From NCBI GenBank assembly GCA_028534125.1, contig CM052818.1, positions 25,856,001-25,920,000 of the forward strand: a stretch of DNA of 64,000 nt, written 5' to 3'. A program made the position numbers and the translations under genes. Shown here one piece after another: positions 24,501-37,230 of this stretch (position 1 is its first letter; each line of letters starts with the position of its first letter). The notes beneath the pieces were generated by a model, which worked only from the letters and a program-made list of their open reading frames with translations, was not told where the DNA came from and made no database searches. The stretch comes from Lama glama. Lineage: Eukaryota.

Positions 24501-25029
24501 AGGAAGAAGGTATAAAAGTGGATCTTGGTTGACTAGTAAGGCTGGCCAATTTTAAGAGGCAGAGACTTCTCAGAAGAGAATCAGATTCCTAAGTGTTGAT
24601 GTTCTATAGTCTGGAAGAGCTGGGCCCCCACTCAGAATCACAACTTCCTCCTTGCTAGGTTGAAGGTGGCCTTACCCCTCCCCTCTCCGCGGTGCCCGAG
24701 TATGAACTCATGGACCTCCTCTATCGTGGGCTGCCTCATGACGCGATCGCTGTGAACAGGGTGGCTGCAGGATTTCCACACAAGAAGGCTTACATGTGGA
24801 TGGAAGGGGGATAGGCAATCTGGGGGCCTTATCTTGAGGCTGCTAACATCCTATACCTTAGATCATGTTCTTTAGACAGTTAAAAAGGGAAACATTTTTT
24901 TAACAGATGTCTTTCTCACATTTTAGGTAAGATTGTGAAAATATCAGTTGTCTCTGTTAAAGGCTCTCCCTGTTATTACCATAATTTGGAGGCCTGGGGA
25001 GAACTAAGAGTTTGTGTCTAGCATTGTGT

Positions 25030-25360
25030 AATCACGCAGAGTGTTTACAGTGGGAATTGAATGGGGAGAATCAGTTACACAGGTGCTGGATGACACTGAG
25101 AAACCAAGCAAAGAGCAAGGAGACAAGTGGAAGATTGGCAATAGTCAGATGTCACTACCATCCTTAGCCTGGAGGGACAGTGGAAGAGAGGAGGTGAGTT
25201 AATGCAGCCCAAGACAGAAAAGTGGGGAGAAATGCCCCAGCTTCTCCCTTTCTCCTGTTTTCTTCTGCCAGTGCCTCCCATTGGCCAAACCCAGCTATCA
25301 GTCAGTCTCGTGGGAGCCTTCCTGCCTGGGTACAGAGCAGGCAGAAGTGGGAGGAGTGGA
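25030..25360. mobile_element. Degraded ERVL-type LTR (LTR33/67-like)
   Basis: Contains cttctgccagtgcctcccattggccaaaccc, a motif typical of these ancient LTRs. Confidence 0.5.
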
Positions 25361-26159
25361 GCTGAGGTCCGGAGGCCAGGGCTGTGTTCTGTGAATGAAT
25401 CAAAGACGACCTCTGTGTATTGGCCCCTGGCTGGTTTATTCACTGCAGGCTGGACCCATTAGCTCAGAAGATAGCCGACACCAAACTCAAATTTTTACAC
25501 ATCCAGCAATTTATTTAAATAATAAATATTTTAGTTATTTCTAAAATAGCCCAAACAAGCAGTTTTTAAAGCCATTAGAGCCTGCCAGCTTTGCATAGTC
25601 CACGAAAGCTCACCTAGCACCTGCTGGCCACGGATAAGACAGAGCCTGTGGCTGTAGGACCCGAGGTGCTGTGGCCCTTTGGAATTCTCTGATGCAGAGA
25701 CTCCCCAGCTTGCAATACTGTAATATTTCCCTGTTGACTCCCACATGAAGCCCAGGCCTCAGTCAGCAGGGGAGACCCGCCATGACTGGCCCATGCCCCT
25801 CTTGCTGGGTCATCCTCCTGCCTCTTCACTTCCCCTGCAAACACACGCTCCAGTTTTGCTGGTTACTTACTGTTCCCCAGACACCCGCCCTTGGGCCTGC
25901 AAATTTGTCTGTTCTGAACCAGCCCAACCCGCTTATTAGCTGCCACCAATAAACAGGAGCCTCCTTCTCTTCCTGATCCGCCAGCTTCTGACCCTTTGAT
26001 TCTGTCGCCAACCGGCCTGGACTTTGTCTCTCTCCAGGGCTTGGCTGGCAGTCCTCTGTGGCTCTCCCTACTCGTTGTTTAGCTTGACCTTGAGGTTTGC
26101 GGCCAGCTTGCCCGGCCCACACGCTGTAGGGGCCCACTCTGGCTCCAGACAAGCAGAGA

Positions 26160-26460
26160 GATTCTACAGCGCCTGCTTTTTCTCTTTCGCCTGGAATGCC
26201 CTTTCCTCACTTCTCAGCCAGGGGAGCTTTTCAAGACTTAGCTTGAAGGCCGTGTCCTCAAAGATACCCTTTCCAATGTTCCCAGGAAGAATGAGCCACT
26301 CCTTTCTCTGGGCTGTCCTGGGACTCTCTGCAGACTTGGAACTGCCTTTATCTCATTGGTTTGCACAGCACCTCCTCCTTGGGGCCGGGAACTTATCTGA
26401 ATAGGCCTGCTACTGTGCCAAGTGTTCGGTGAGTGCTTCCTGAGTGTTTATGCAATGAGC
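26160..26460 (+). mobile_element. L2 LINE 3' fragment
   Basis: gcctggaatgccctttcctc...ttcaagacttagcttgaagg...cactcctttctctgggc. Confidence 0.6.
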
Positions 26461-27654
26461 GGAGGCTCGCTGACTTCCACTCTGCCCCAGGTTGACACCC
26501 TGGGTTCCATATGCTGGTCACCTAGGGAAAGCTAACCACAATTGCACCACCAGTAACAGAACAAACATTAGAAATGTGCAAATCTTAATGAGGCTGTGGT
26601 TCTTTCTTCCTGAATTCATTCAAACCTCTCAGATGAATTTATGGCCCTGTTGCTCGTGGTTACCTCATTAATTATTTTCTGTTCTGCATACTTTGACATC
26701 CCTGCTCAACATCACCTGACCTTAGGAATTAGGTCACCTTCTTAGAGTTGTGCACTATCTGAGTAATATTCCCAGAGGACAATTATCATGAGTCCCTCTG
26801 CAACTTGTTAATAATTATAAGCAGGAAGAAGCTTAGCAATGTTTAATACATGTATTGTTAAAACCCAGTACATAATCCTTATAGATGAGTAAGCAGACCT
26901 TATTCTCACAGTTACTTTCAGCTTTTTCTCTTATTACTCATCTCACTAGAGGGTGACCTGCGAAAGCGTAGGAGTCTGCATAAGAAGAGGTTACATCTTA
27001 TCTGAGGGTTGTTTTTGTTGGCTGTACCAGGAAGAGCTCATTAGAGGAGTTTTGCTTGGGACCTGATCTCACAGCATGGCCCCTAAGGACAGTGCTGGGC
27101 CACAGCCAGGCTCCAATGAGTACTGTAAAGTCTAAAAGTCATGGGGGGTGTGAAGTGTATACCCAGGTCTCCACTTGAGATGCAATACCCAGACAGACAC
27201 AAATGATGACCAGCATTATCTTGTAACAGACAATGATTTGATATGTAGGAACAAGGACTAACCTCGGTTTAGAGCTGGGGATATTTGCCATCTGCTGAAA
27301 TGGCATGAAGCATTTCAATGGTACTTTTAAATTTTATAGTCTTTGTTTCATTGATTCTCATTGATAACAAAGTTATGAACTCTGTTTGAAGGTGAGGGAA
27401 ACAGAGTTAAGCATTTTGACCAAGATATAAGAAGTAAGGACTTCACAGGTAGGTTTTCAGCTTTAAGATCTAGTATTTTATACCCAGTGCTAGATTCTGT
27501 TTCCTGTGGAGCAGTTGGATGTGCCAGTTGGGTTGTTGTGGCCAAGGTCATGGGTTGTATGCCCAGCTGGCTCACCCAGCCACCTGGAGAAAAGGACTGT
27601 ATATTTCATCTTCATTCCTTCCAGTACACGTGGCTTCACAAATATGTCACTGGT

Positions 27655-28260
27655 GTTTCAGCAGTCAGACTTTATTGAACACTGTTTCATGACAGGCTCT
27701 GTGCTTCGTGCTGGAAATGCAGTCTTGCCCTCAAGAAACTCAGAATTTAATAGCCAAGACAAACAAATAAATACAGTGTAATTAGAACTTTGATAGAGGC
27801 ATACACGGGCGTCAGTGGAGTCAGGCGAAGCATATCTAATTCATAAAGGGGTCTGGGGTCCACAGAAATTTCCAGGAATCTCCTGATCACACAAATCTTG
27901 ACAATCGCTTAGCTAGGCTAGTCGGAGATAGCCAGGGGAAAGACACTGCAGGAAGAGGGGACAGCGCACAGGGACAGGCATGGCAGTGAAAGAACATGGC
28001 ATGTCTGGGCAATAGCAGGTGATTCAGCGTGGTGAGAGCTTAGAGTAGGCAAGGTGAGGTGGGAGAGGTCAGCAGGGCCAAACTGAGAGTGGCCTTGGGG
28101 CCCATGCTAGAGTTCAACTTTGTCTTGACTGTTTTAATGCATCATGAAGGATTTTAAATTGGGGCAAAGATGTATATTTCATAAAGATCCCTCGGGGAAA
28201 TCACTTGTACAGGAAGAACAGGTAGGGAGCAAACCTGGAAGCAGAGCGAGTGGTCGGAGA
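27655..28260 (-). mobile_element. L2 LINE fragment
   Basis: ctttattgaacactgtttcatgacaggctctgtgct...gtcttgccctcaagaaactcaga...catgaaggattttaaattgggg. Confidence 0.75.
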
Positions 28261-28299
28261 GGGAAATGAAGAAGACATCAGGAAGGGACAGAGAACATC

Positions 28300-28500
28300 A
28301 CTGAAGACGTGACAGACCTTCTGTGTGCCAGGTGTCGTGCGGGGTGCTCTTTGGGTACTGTCTCAAATTGTCACTCCAACACCAGGAGGTGGGTGTCAAC
28401 CATCTTCCTTTACAGATGATAAAACTGAGTTTATACATGTTGGAGCAGGCGTTTGAACTCAGCCCTTAATTAACTCCAGAACCAATGAGCTTAACCTCTC
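28300..28500 (-). mobile_element. MIR SINE
   Basis: tgtgtgccaggtgtcgtgc...tttacagatgataaaactgag...tttgaactcag. Confidence 0.65.
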
Positions 28501-31199
28501 TCTCACATTGCCATTTGTCAAGGATGGGCCTCATCCAGAATACAGAATGAGGTCTTTGTCTGAGACACAGGGACTCTTCAGACTGGCAGCTCAGTTTTTT
28601 TCTCCATTGTCCAGTGAGAGAAAAGAGATCGTCTATGTTATAAGCCAGTAAGCGGTAAGGATTCCACACTGGCTTATCTAAACCAAGCTGCAGCCTCTGT
28701 CTTTCAATGTAGCTGGGACATAACAGGGAAATTCTCATTTTGCTCGATGGGCCTGGGACTGGTGGAGCTCAGGAACAAGTTGAAGCGATGACTCTCGCTT
28801 ATTCTGACCAACTGCGGCAATTCCCTTTTGGGGGGCTCTCAGGCCGTGCTCTGCCACGCCGTGCCCCTGGCTCCAACCAGGGCCTGCAGTGGGAGCAGTT
28901 CATGTTGCAAAATGGACTAATGATCCTCTTCTGAAAGTTTAGGACAGCAGCAGACCAAGAGGGAGTGGGATGGAGGTCCTCTCTCCAGTAAATGAAGCTG
29001 CAGAATGAAACTGTCAGGAGCTGTTGGTGGCCGGGTCTTCCACCGTGAGAAAAAAGCTGGTCTCCAGAGATGATTAGGAACTTGATCTCCTGTAGGAAGA
29101 GGCAGATACTGGCAGAAACGCGATCTTTGGTTTTCATTGTTTGTGAGGCTCAGCTGCATCCCAGCCTTTCTTACAACTGGATTCTTTTATTCTTCCTTGG
29201 GTCCTATAAATGCCCCCAGCGTCCATCTAACACGATCTGTTCTTTGTTTAAACTAGTTTGAATTAGTCCTAACTTATTCACCAGCCTCATCCCAAATCCT
29301 CTGAATAGAAATTGGCTCCTGGTTCCAAAAGGAGAATGATTTGGGGGAGATAAAAGGTGACCACTAGGTGCTCAGTCCACCTTTGGGTGAGCACCTGCAC
29401 ATAAAGGCTCAGACAGGTGGTAGAGAGGACATGTGTATGCCATGTCTGCGTGCAGCTGCTTTTCAAAAAGTGGCCTCCCTTAGTGGGGCTCGTTGGCTGT
29501 GTAGCCTGTCTGGTACAATAGGTTGGCTGCTTTTGGTTCTCTGTGTTGTGGCTAGACGCCTGAATGAGGTGGGCTTGTAGGGAGGGCTGAGTTATTGCCT
29601 TTTCTGGTTGTAACAATTGACTTATTTTCTGTTTTTGTCCAACCTTCCATGTGGGAAATTGGAACTTGCCCAGCAAGGGGCTCGCTGGTGCCTGTAGGCT
29701 GGACTGTGTTCCCAGGGGAGCTTCAGGGTTAGTGCAAGTCCATTGCTGACAGTCACAGCAAGGGAGCAGAGTTAGATTATATTCTCCAGGGATCTGGGAA
29801 CAAGACGCAAAGCCCAAAGGGTCTCAAACAAGCTGGACACCAAAGTGGAACAAAAGTAGACAGTCTAAGAAAGTGGCTGCCAGTGGGACTGGTGTGCCCA
29901 AGATTCCCTTTTATTAAAAGACTCCCTTTGATTGATGTACGCTGACCTGAGTATTTAGGTCAGTTTAGATTAAAACATTAGTTACAGGTGGACAATTTTA
30001 GCAACCTCTCAAGGATTCGGTTACCTCATGTACAATGAACCATGGACTTGGGGGAGGACCTGGTGGTGGCACACAGAGGAGGCAAAGAGGAGGGTGACAG
30101 GTTAAGCAAACATATTCTTGCATGGATCCCTAGTCCCAGGAAGCCGCCTCCTTCCTCTTTCCTTGGCCTCGGAAACCACGCAGCCATGAAATGGAACACA
30201 ATCGAACAGTGTTCCATTCTATGTCAATTTGTGTAAAAGTGACAGATAGGGAATTTCATACAACATCTTTATTTATCCAAACATTTGGCTCGTGTGGGTG
30301 AAGATAACAGCATTATCTGGGCTCTCTGTGGAGGCTCCCCATGACATAAATAGACACAGTCGCCCAAAAGCATGATTTCTGTTCTAATAGCTGTCTGGCA
30401 GCCACTAGTCCAGACAGTTGAATAAATAATGCTTCTCTCTGACATTCACTTTGTCCGGCATGGTGTCCGCGTGTCTGTGTCTTCTCACAGTCAAAGAGTT
30501 TAGTTTGTTTTTCTGTCTTTTCTTGATCTGAGCAAATAAAGTCTAGAAATGGTTGTTGAATCAACAGGCCCAGGGGCCCCATGCTGCTTTCTGGTGGGGA
30601 AGGAGGCAGCAGGTTGACCCCAGCCGTGATGGGAATCACTCTGGGGGTCCCAAGAAATGGGTTTGACCATCAAAGGAAAGTCAGAGTGAGTTGGTGGGAG
30701 GCGGGTGAGGAACTCGCTTAGCCAGCCCTCACTTTCCCTGTGGGAAGCACACCCCTGAAGTTCAAAGCGAAGCTCCTTTTGTTTTACCTTGGGCTGTAGA
30801 GATAGCTATTTTATAAGCTGAATCAGAGGGAAGGAAGGCAAGGTTTCTGCATTGCCTGGAAATTGAAAGCCAGCCTCTGTTTCATGGTGGTGAGCAATGG
30901 GGAGTACAGGAGAGGTCACGGCCAGCTCTGCTGTCAGCTGTGGAGAAATAGTGGGTGGCTGGCAATTCAACAGGCACCCACTTCTCTCCTCCTTTTCTCC
31001 AGAAGCAGGATGTGACACAGGTGGCGGGAACATTTCTTGGTGTCCTCAAGTCTTTCCCCTACCAGGGCCCCACAGCTGCTGGACAGATTTTCCACCTATC
31101 AGATTACAGCATGATCCTGATTAGAATTCTTTGGGGATCTTCATCCACTGCAAGACAAGGTCCACACTTCTAAGCTGGTGTACGCTTCGCTGGCATCCC

Positions 31200-31460
31200 G
31201 GTGTGACCCCACCTGCCTCTCTAGGTCCCAGCTGAAGAAGGCTCTTGCCGCGTGCCTGTGTGCACGCTGTCCCCTGATCTGGGTTGCTTCTCTCAGTCCT
31301 CTTTGCTGAAGCCCGTTCATCCTTTAAGACCCAGCTCAGAGGGTGTTGCTGAGAGGCTTTTCCTGACATTCCTGACCCTTTGCTCAGGGATACCATTCTC
31401 CTTGGGGCTTCTCCTTGTTCATATACTGTCCTTTATTATCTCATGCAATACTTAAATGTC
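31200..31460 (+). mobile_element. L2 LINE fragment
   Basis: tgtgcacgctgtcccctg...tcatcctttaagacccagctcaga...gaggcttttcctgac. Confidence 0.6.
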
Positions 31461-32324
31461 ACTTGACTGTCCCCAACCCAAGCCACATTTCCCCAGCCCT
31501 CACCAGGTTATGGGAACAAATGAGGTCACATTAATATTTAAAGTCCACTGGCTGCACATCCCCACCAGGATGGTGACGGGACCTCAAGTTGTCTTTCTGG
31601 TCCCCTTCCACCTAGTCTCTTTCAGTGGGTCTTCAGGTGAGGTCTCACGACTCATCACCGTGGGTCACTGCCCATGCTGCAGTGACTCCCCCTGCAGTTC
31701 TGGGGAAGCCACAACTACCCTAGCCCCAGGGGATGCTAGTGTCTGGGTACCATGCCAGCTCGAAGAGTGGCCACAGACCTGTCCTTAGTTCTACTTCACT
31801 GATAGCTCTGGGAGAATGGGAAGAAAATAGAGAGCCCTCTTGCTGGCTTCTAGACATGGCAGCTCTCAGAACCCAGAGACCCAGATCTTCTCCCATGTTT
31901 CCTTACAGGGGCTTCCTTGTCAAATGGCAGAGGCACCTCCCAGCCTAACAGTCGTGGGCCCCTCTGCTCAGAGCCAACTTCCCTCACCACCGTCATCAGG
32001 GCCAGCTGAGCGCACAGTTCTAGCAGGCAGTGTCTTCATGAAATGCAACACAAATGGCACCCCCCTGGGGCTGTCCAATAGAGTAGCTCTGAATGTACCT
32101 GTTTCCCAAACTTCTTGGGATACAGGTTCTGGAGAGTGAGCCCAGAAAGGCCAGGGGGTTCTTGCCTTTCCCCTGTCCAGGCCCTCCTTCCAAGCTCTCC
32201 TTGGATATTTTAGCTCCTAAGTTTTCCCAGCATGCTTGACAGTAGGGTGAGCCTGCCCCTCACCCCCAGATTGGGGTGCCTTTTGGGGCCTAGTAATGGA
32301 GTATGTACAGGGTCCATGACCAGC

Positions 32325-32462
32325 TTCTGTGCCACAGTTACATTTATGTGTCTGTCTCCCCTAGTAGACTGAGTGCTCCCTGGGAGCAAGGACTGGGCCT
32401 CATTCATCTTTATTTCCCTGGAACCAACTGCTGTCAGTGTTGTGAGTGAATGGATGACTGAA
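32325..32462 (+). mobile_element. L2 LINE 3' end
   Basis: tgtctgtctcccctagtagactgagtgctccctgggagcaaggactgggcctcattcatcttt...gagtgaatggatgactga. Confidence 0.8.
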
Positions 32463-32631
32463 AAGCATTAGGTTTAAAAAGCATCAGTAGGTGATTTCTG
32501 AAAACTCGCAGCTCTCCCTGTCGTGGTCCTCTCGAGACTTCCCTCTCCTCCGTGACTCCCCTGAGAGCCATGCCAGGGTTCCCTCCACCCCATCACACCA
32601 CCTCCTCACCGGAGCCAAGCAAGGCTTAGGC

Positions 32632-32740
32632 CAGTGCTTCTCACCCTTGGCTGCACGTTAGAATCGCCTGGGGAGCTTGAAAAACATACGGATGCCCGGA
32701 CTCCACTCCAGACCAGCTAACTCCAGCTGGGGCTGGGAAC
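32632..32740. mobile_element. Partial MER5B DNA transposon
   Basis: cagtgcttctcacccttggctgcacgttagaatcgcctggggagctt. Confidence 0.8.
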
Positions 32741-32810
32741 TCCACCCCTCCACCCAGGTCACCAGAAAGTTCCTTATGGCCACTTGGAGGCCGTAGTCTC
32801 TCTCTCTCTC

Positions 32811-32876
32811 TTTTTTTAAACACTTTTTTATTGAGTTATAGTCATTTTACAATGTTGTGTCAAATTCCAGTGTAGA
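32811..32876 (-). mobile_element. Camelid-type L1 3' end running into the assembly gap
   Basis: ttttttattgagttatagtcattttacaatgttgtgtcaaattccagtgtaga: antisense poly(A) signal and L1 terminus. Confidence 0.8.
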
Positions 32877-33376
32877 NNNNNNNNNNNNNNNNNNNNNNNN
32901 NNNNNNNNNNNNNNNNNNNNNNNNNNNNNNNNNNNNNNNNNNNNNNNNNNNNNNNNNNNNNNNNNNNNNNNNNNNNNNNNNNNNNNNNNNNNNNNNNNNN
33001 NNNNNNNNNNNNNNNNNNNNNNNNNNNNNNNNNNNNNNNNNNNNNNNNNNNNNNNNNNNNNNNNNNNNNNNNNNNNNNNNNNNNNNNNNNNNNNNNNNNN
33101 NNNNNNNNNNNNNNNNNNNNNNNNNNNNNNNNNNNNNNNNNNNNNNNNNNNNNNNNNNNNNNNNNNNNNNNNNNNNNNNNNNNNNNNNNNNNNNNNNNNN
33201 NNNNNNNNNNNNNNNNNNNNNNNNNNNNNNNNNNNNNNNNNNNNNNNNNNNNNNNNNNNNNNNNNNNNNNNNNNNNNNNNNNNNNNNNNNNNNNNNNNNN
33301 NNNNNNNNNNNNNNNNNNNNNNNNNNNNNNNNNNNNNNNNNNNNNNNNNNNNNNNNNNNNNNNNNNNNNNNNNNNN
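32877..33376. other. Assembly gap, exactly 500 N
   Basis: Run of N counted from the coordinates. Confidence 1.
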
Positions 33377-34034
33377 GGGACTATGTACTGTGAGGTATTA
33401 GATGGACCCCTTCCCTGGACTTTGGTCCTGAAATCAATTGTTGCCCAATCTTCTGTGGACCTTTTAGTCACCCCGCTCCAGCATGTGACCAGTTCATGGA
33501 GGCCCAAACGGCCACTGCACAGCAGAGCCTACTGTTCCCTTACCACCCCCTGAAGCCCAGGCTGGCTGCCACCCTTGTCAGATCCAGGTGGCCTCTAGTT
33601 TAATTGGCAGCAGTGTCCTCCCATGAGGTTGAGCTGAGGTTGCAGGCTGATTGCCCAAGGCCTTGCACCCACTCTGGGGGGCAGCTGAGTAATCGTGTAA
33701 CAATTAGGGCACCACGGCCATGGCCCAAGGTCAGGCCCACTGGCTGCTGAGCATGTGAAGCAACTTAATTTTGGCTTCTGCTGCCACTGCAGCTGGGAGC
33801 CCCCGTGGCATTTTCTATTTGGAAATTTACTCATTAACTTTGACATCATGGCTGTCTCTTCCTTCTGCTGGTGAACCAGGGACTTAATTAAAAACCTTTA
33901 ACCTTTTTCAAACTTGTGGACATTTTAGTGGGAGCACTTGAACTGCATTCTGTTCAGAGAAGCCAAGTCAAAACACAGTTATCTGTTATTTCTCTTAGGA
34001 TCACAGAATGTCAGCGGTGGAAGCTTAGATCTCC

Positions 34035-34200
34035 CACGGGGGTTCTCAAGTGTGGCAACACGTTAGAACTAGCTGAGGAGTTTTAAAAAGTGCTGATGGC
34101 CGGGCTGGACTAATTAAACAGCACTGCCATCGGTGGGGCTCAGGCCTCGGTGTTTAAAGCCCCCTCGTGATGCTAGCGTGTAGTCAGGCTTGAGAACTGT
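34035..34200. mobile_element. MER5B-like DNA transposon
   Basis: ggggttctcaagtgtggcaacacgttagaac...gtgatgctagcgtgtagtcaggcttgagaactg. Confidence 0.75.
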
Positions 34201-34750
34201 TCAGTGATTAAAATTCCTTTCATTTTCATATGAGAAAATTAGGACTGAGACACTCGAGGGCAATTCTGAGCCATGAGCCCTGCTTGGACATCCAGGTGTT
34301 GGAGGAGCCAGAGCAGTAAGAGCTGTCAGTTCAGGTCTGCTCTCTTCTGCCACGTACTTCCCTCTGGGCCACCTGCCTGCTCCCACTTCTTTCCCCACCA
34401 AGTCCGAGATCTCAGAGGTTCCAGAGTCTCTCTTCTTTCTCAGCCCCCCAAACTCCTCAATAACAGGTCCCGTAGCTGAGCCTGGGCAGAGGGTGCCTTG
34501 TCCAGGACCCCACCCCCATGGCCCCCAGCAGGTGACTGGGCCAGGGTTCCGTTTGCTGTCCCCATGGACATGTCCATGTTCCTACTTAGTCCTTTCCAAA
34601 GCTGGAAGTTGGGACATTTAAAACTGTATTAGTTGTAACTTGGGGGCAGTTAGAAATTTGGGGGTTTTGTTGACCCCTTTTTTATTTGGTAGATGCTAAA
34701 TTGTTGTGATGGTACCTCAGGGGTGGAGTGGTGGAGAGGGAAGGAGTTAA

Positions 34751-34890
34751 CCGGGCTGGGACTGGGGTGAGGCAAGCAAAGGGCCCAGGGTGCAAAGTTG
34801 AAGGAGCTGCTCGTACTCCAGGTTGTGCAAAGGCCTCCTTCCATTTTGTATTCTGGGCCCCTTACTTGCCTCACCCTCGACCTGGCCCTG
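34751..34890. mobile_element. Palindromic MITE, MER96-like (hAT-Tip100)
   Basis: Long inverted arms ccgggctgggactggggtgaggcaag ... cttgcctcaccctcgacctggccctg. Confidence 0.8.
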
Positions 34891-35658
34891 AGGCGAGAAG
34901 AGGGAGGGGAGGGGAAGAGGGAAAATTCTAGCTGAAGAGCTAAATCTAGAATTGATTCCAAGTCAAATACAGTTGGAATGCTAACACCCCAGACCCAGCC
35001 TGCCTCAGACACTGAGTCCTGTGCAAAGACCAGTGACCTGGCAGATGGAGAAGGCCCAGCCAAGAGGGCCCTGAGGACACAGGAGTGAAGTTCAGCTTTT
35101 TCCCCTCCAGGCTTGCTTGGTGCTACCACCTGCCTCACTAGCCTCCTGGCACCTCTGGGCAAAGGTGGTCCCTGGAGAGGCAAAGAGCTGAGAATCCTCA
35201 GAAGCAGCAAGGCTAACTATTTGTTGCTTTTGTACCTTTGACTTGAGAACTAGCTTCAGAAACAAGCCTGGGTCCTGAGGCTTTGCATCATTCTCAGTGT
35301 GCAGCGCAAGGAGTGCGACTTCAGGCCTGGGGAAGGTCTCTCTCTGTGCCTGGAAATGCTCAACCTCACAGTCCTCTCCAGTCCCAGAGTCCTTGATTAG
35401 AGCTCTACACCCTTCATCCAGTGTGAACTGCAAATTCCTTGGGCAGCTAGCACACATGAAGACATACCGGATATCGCTGAGCACTGGGGTGCGTGCCCTG
35501 ACCCTTCCCCCCGTGAAGCAACTCCCTGTCCCTCCAGGCTCAGGCAGGGCCTCACCTCTTCCAAGATGCACGTCTAGGCATCCCTCGCCAAGGGAGGATG
35601 CTCTAGGCTGCGTGCACTTCACAGTTCCTGTGTGGTTATATTACATGTGTTAATGCTC

Positions 35659-35897
35659 AATATGGGATCCTGGAACAGACAAAAGGAGATTAATGGAGAA
35701 ACTGGTGAAATTCAAATAAAGTCTGTAGTTTAGTTAATAACAACATACCGATGTTGATGTGCTAGTTTTGACAGATTACCCTGGTTAAGTAAGGTGTTCA
35801 CACGAGGGGAAGCTGGGTGAAGTTCATACAGGAGCTCTTTGGGCTATCTCTGCAAATTTGCTATAAATCTAAAATCATTTGAAAATGAAAAAAAAAA
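35659..35897 (+). mobile_element. L1MC/MD-type 3' end
   Basis: ggatcctggaacagacaaaagga...aaactggtgaaattcaaataaagtctgtagtttagttaata...tataaatctaaaatcattt followed by an A tail. Confidence 0.85.
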
Positions 35898-36284
35898 TTT
35901 TAATGCATTAGATTCTTTGCTCTATGGTAAAGTTGAAAGACTGAGGCTTTGGAGTAAGAATCTCGACGTAAACACTTACTAGTTTAGGGTCCTTGGCAAA
36001 TAAATTAACTTGAGTCTGTTTGGCTGTGAAAGGGAGATAATCCGATATGGTCAGGACTGCTACTTGTCCACCAAAGTTGGTCCTCCACTTCTTCCACAGT
36101 AATAGGACATGGTTGCCCATTGTAGTTAATTATGGTCAGGTAACTGTTGTGCCAATAGCCAGAGACCTGATCAAACTCTGGATGCCTGTGATGGAGCCGG
36201 GTCATGACGGACACACCGCTCTAGACAAGAGGGAACTCACATCGTGGGGTCTGGGTGGAGTTTGGAGTAAAGTGGCAGGGATTA

Positions 36285-36445
36285 TGATGATCCACATTAA
36301 ATCACCTGAGGAGCTTTAAGAAACTTCAGATACCTAGGGCACACCCTGGACCAATACATCAGCATCTCTGAGGGTAGGACCCTGGCGTCCTTTTTTCCAG
36401 CTCTGCTGGTGATTGCATTGTGCACCAAAATTGAGAATTAGTGAA
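36285..36445. mobile_element. MER5-family DNA transposon
   Basis: cacattaaatcacctgaggagctttaagaaa...atcagcatctctgagggt...ggtgattgcattgtgcaccaaaattgagaa. Confidence 0.75.
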
Positions 36446-36834
36446 CTTTAAAATTCTTTCCACTGTCAAGTCTCTGGATAGTGCAAAAACCATGTTTTTG
36501 GACTTTAAAATGTGTTTCCATATCAACTGATGATGGCGTGTTTGGGAATTCAAAACCCTCTGAAATGAAGTCTGAAAGCCTCACATTGAAGGGCTGCTAT
36601 AGGAGGCTTGGGGAAGGTGTTAAATTTCCTCATTCTGACCCCTTCCAAGCCTGCTGTACCCTCTCAGTGGTAGAGCCGGCACAGATTTTCAAATGGAGAG
36701 AATCACCAGGTTTCTGAACCAAATCTTTTCTGAATAGCGAGGAATAATTAAGTGGACTTTGGTAAGGCAATAGAGAGAAAGGAGAATCAGTGAGGTCAGG
36801 AAAGAACTTTTTCTAAAGCAAATGTGACTATTTG

Positions 36835-37230
36835 GAAAAGTACATGCACTACTTGTGTGTGTGATACACACAGTACTTCTATGCTAGCTGGAAAATACAG
36901 AAGACTACAAAGAAGAACACTGAAATCACTTGTAATAGCAGTTTTAGAGATAGGGACTGTCAACATTTCGGTATACTTAATTCCCCTTTTTTAATTTACA
37001 TAAAAGTGGGATGGTGGTGAATGGCAAGTGTGGTATCTTGCTTTGCCACTTAGTGTTTTGCACTAGATGTTGTTGAAATCCTGAATGGCCAAATAATACT
37101 TTATCATATTGTTGTTCTATATTTTATGTAACTGATTTTTTGTGTGTATCATCAAATATCTTTCCTTTTAAAATTTCCTTTTATAAATGTCTTCTCTAAA
37201 TGGATATCTTTGTCCAAAATGCCTTTTAAA
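36835..37230 (-). mobile_element. Degraded old L1M 3' fragments
   Basis: ggaaaatacagaagactacaaagaagaa...aaatcacttgtaa...gagatagggactgtcaacatttcggtata. Confidence 0.55.

Noticed and set aside
32857..33507. 178-aa and 215-aa ORFs
   Set aside because: They consist mostly of X residues from the N gap.
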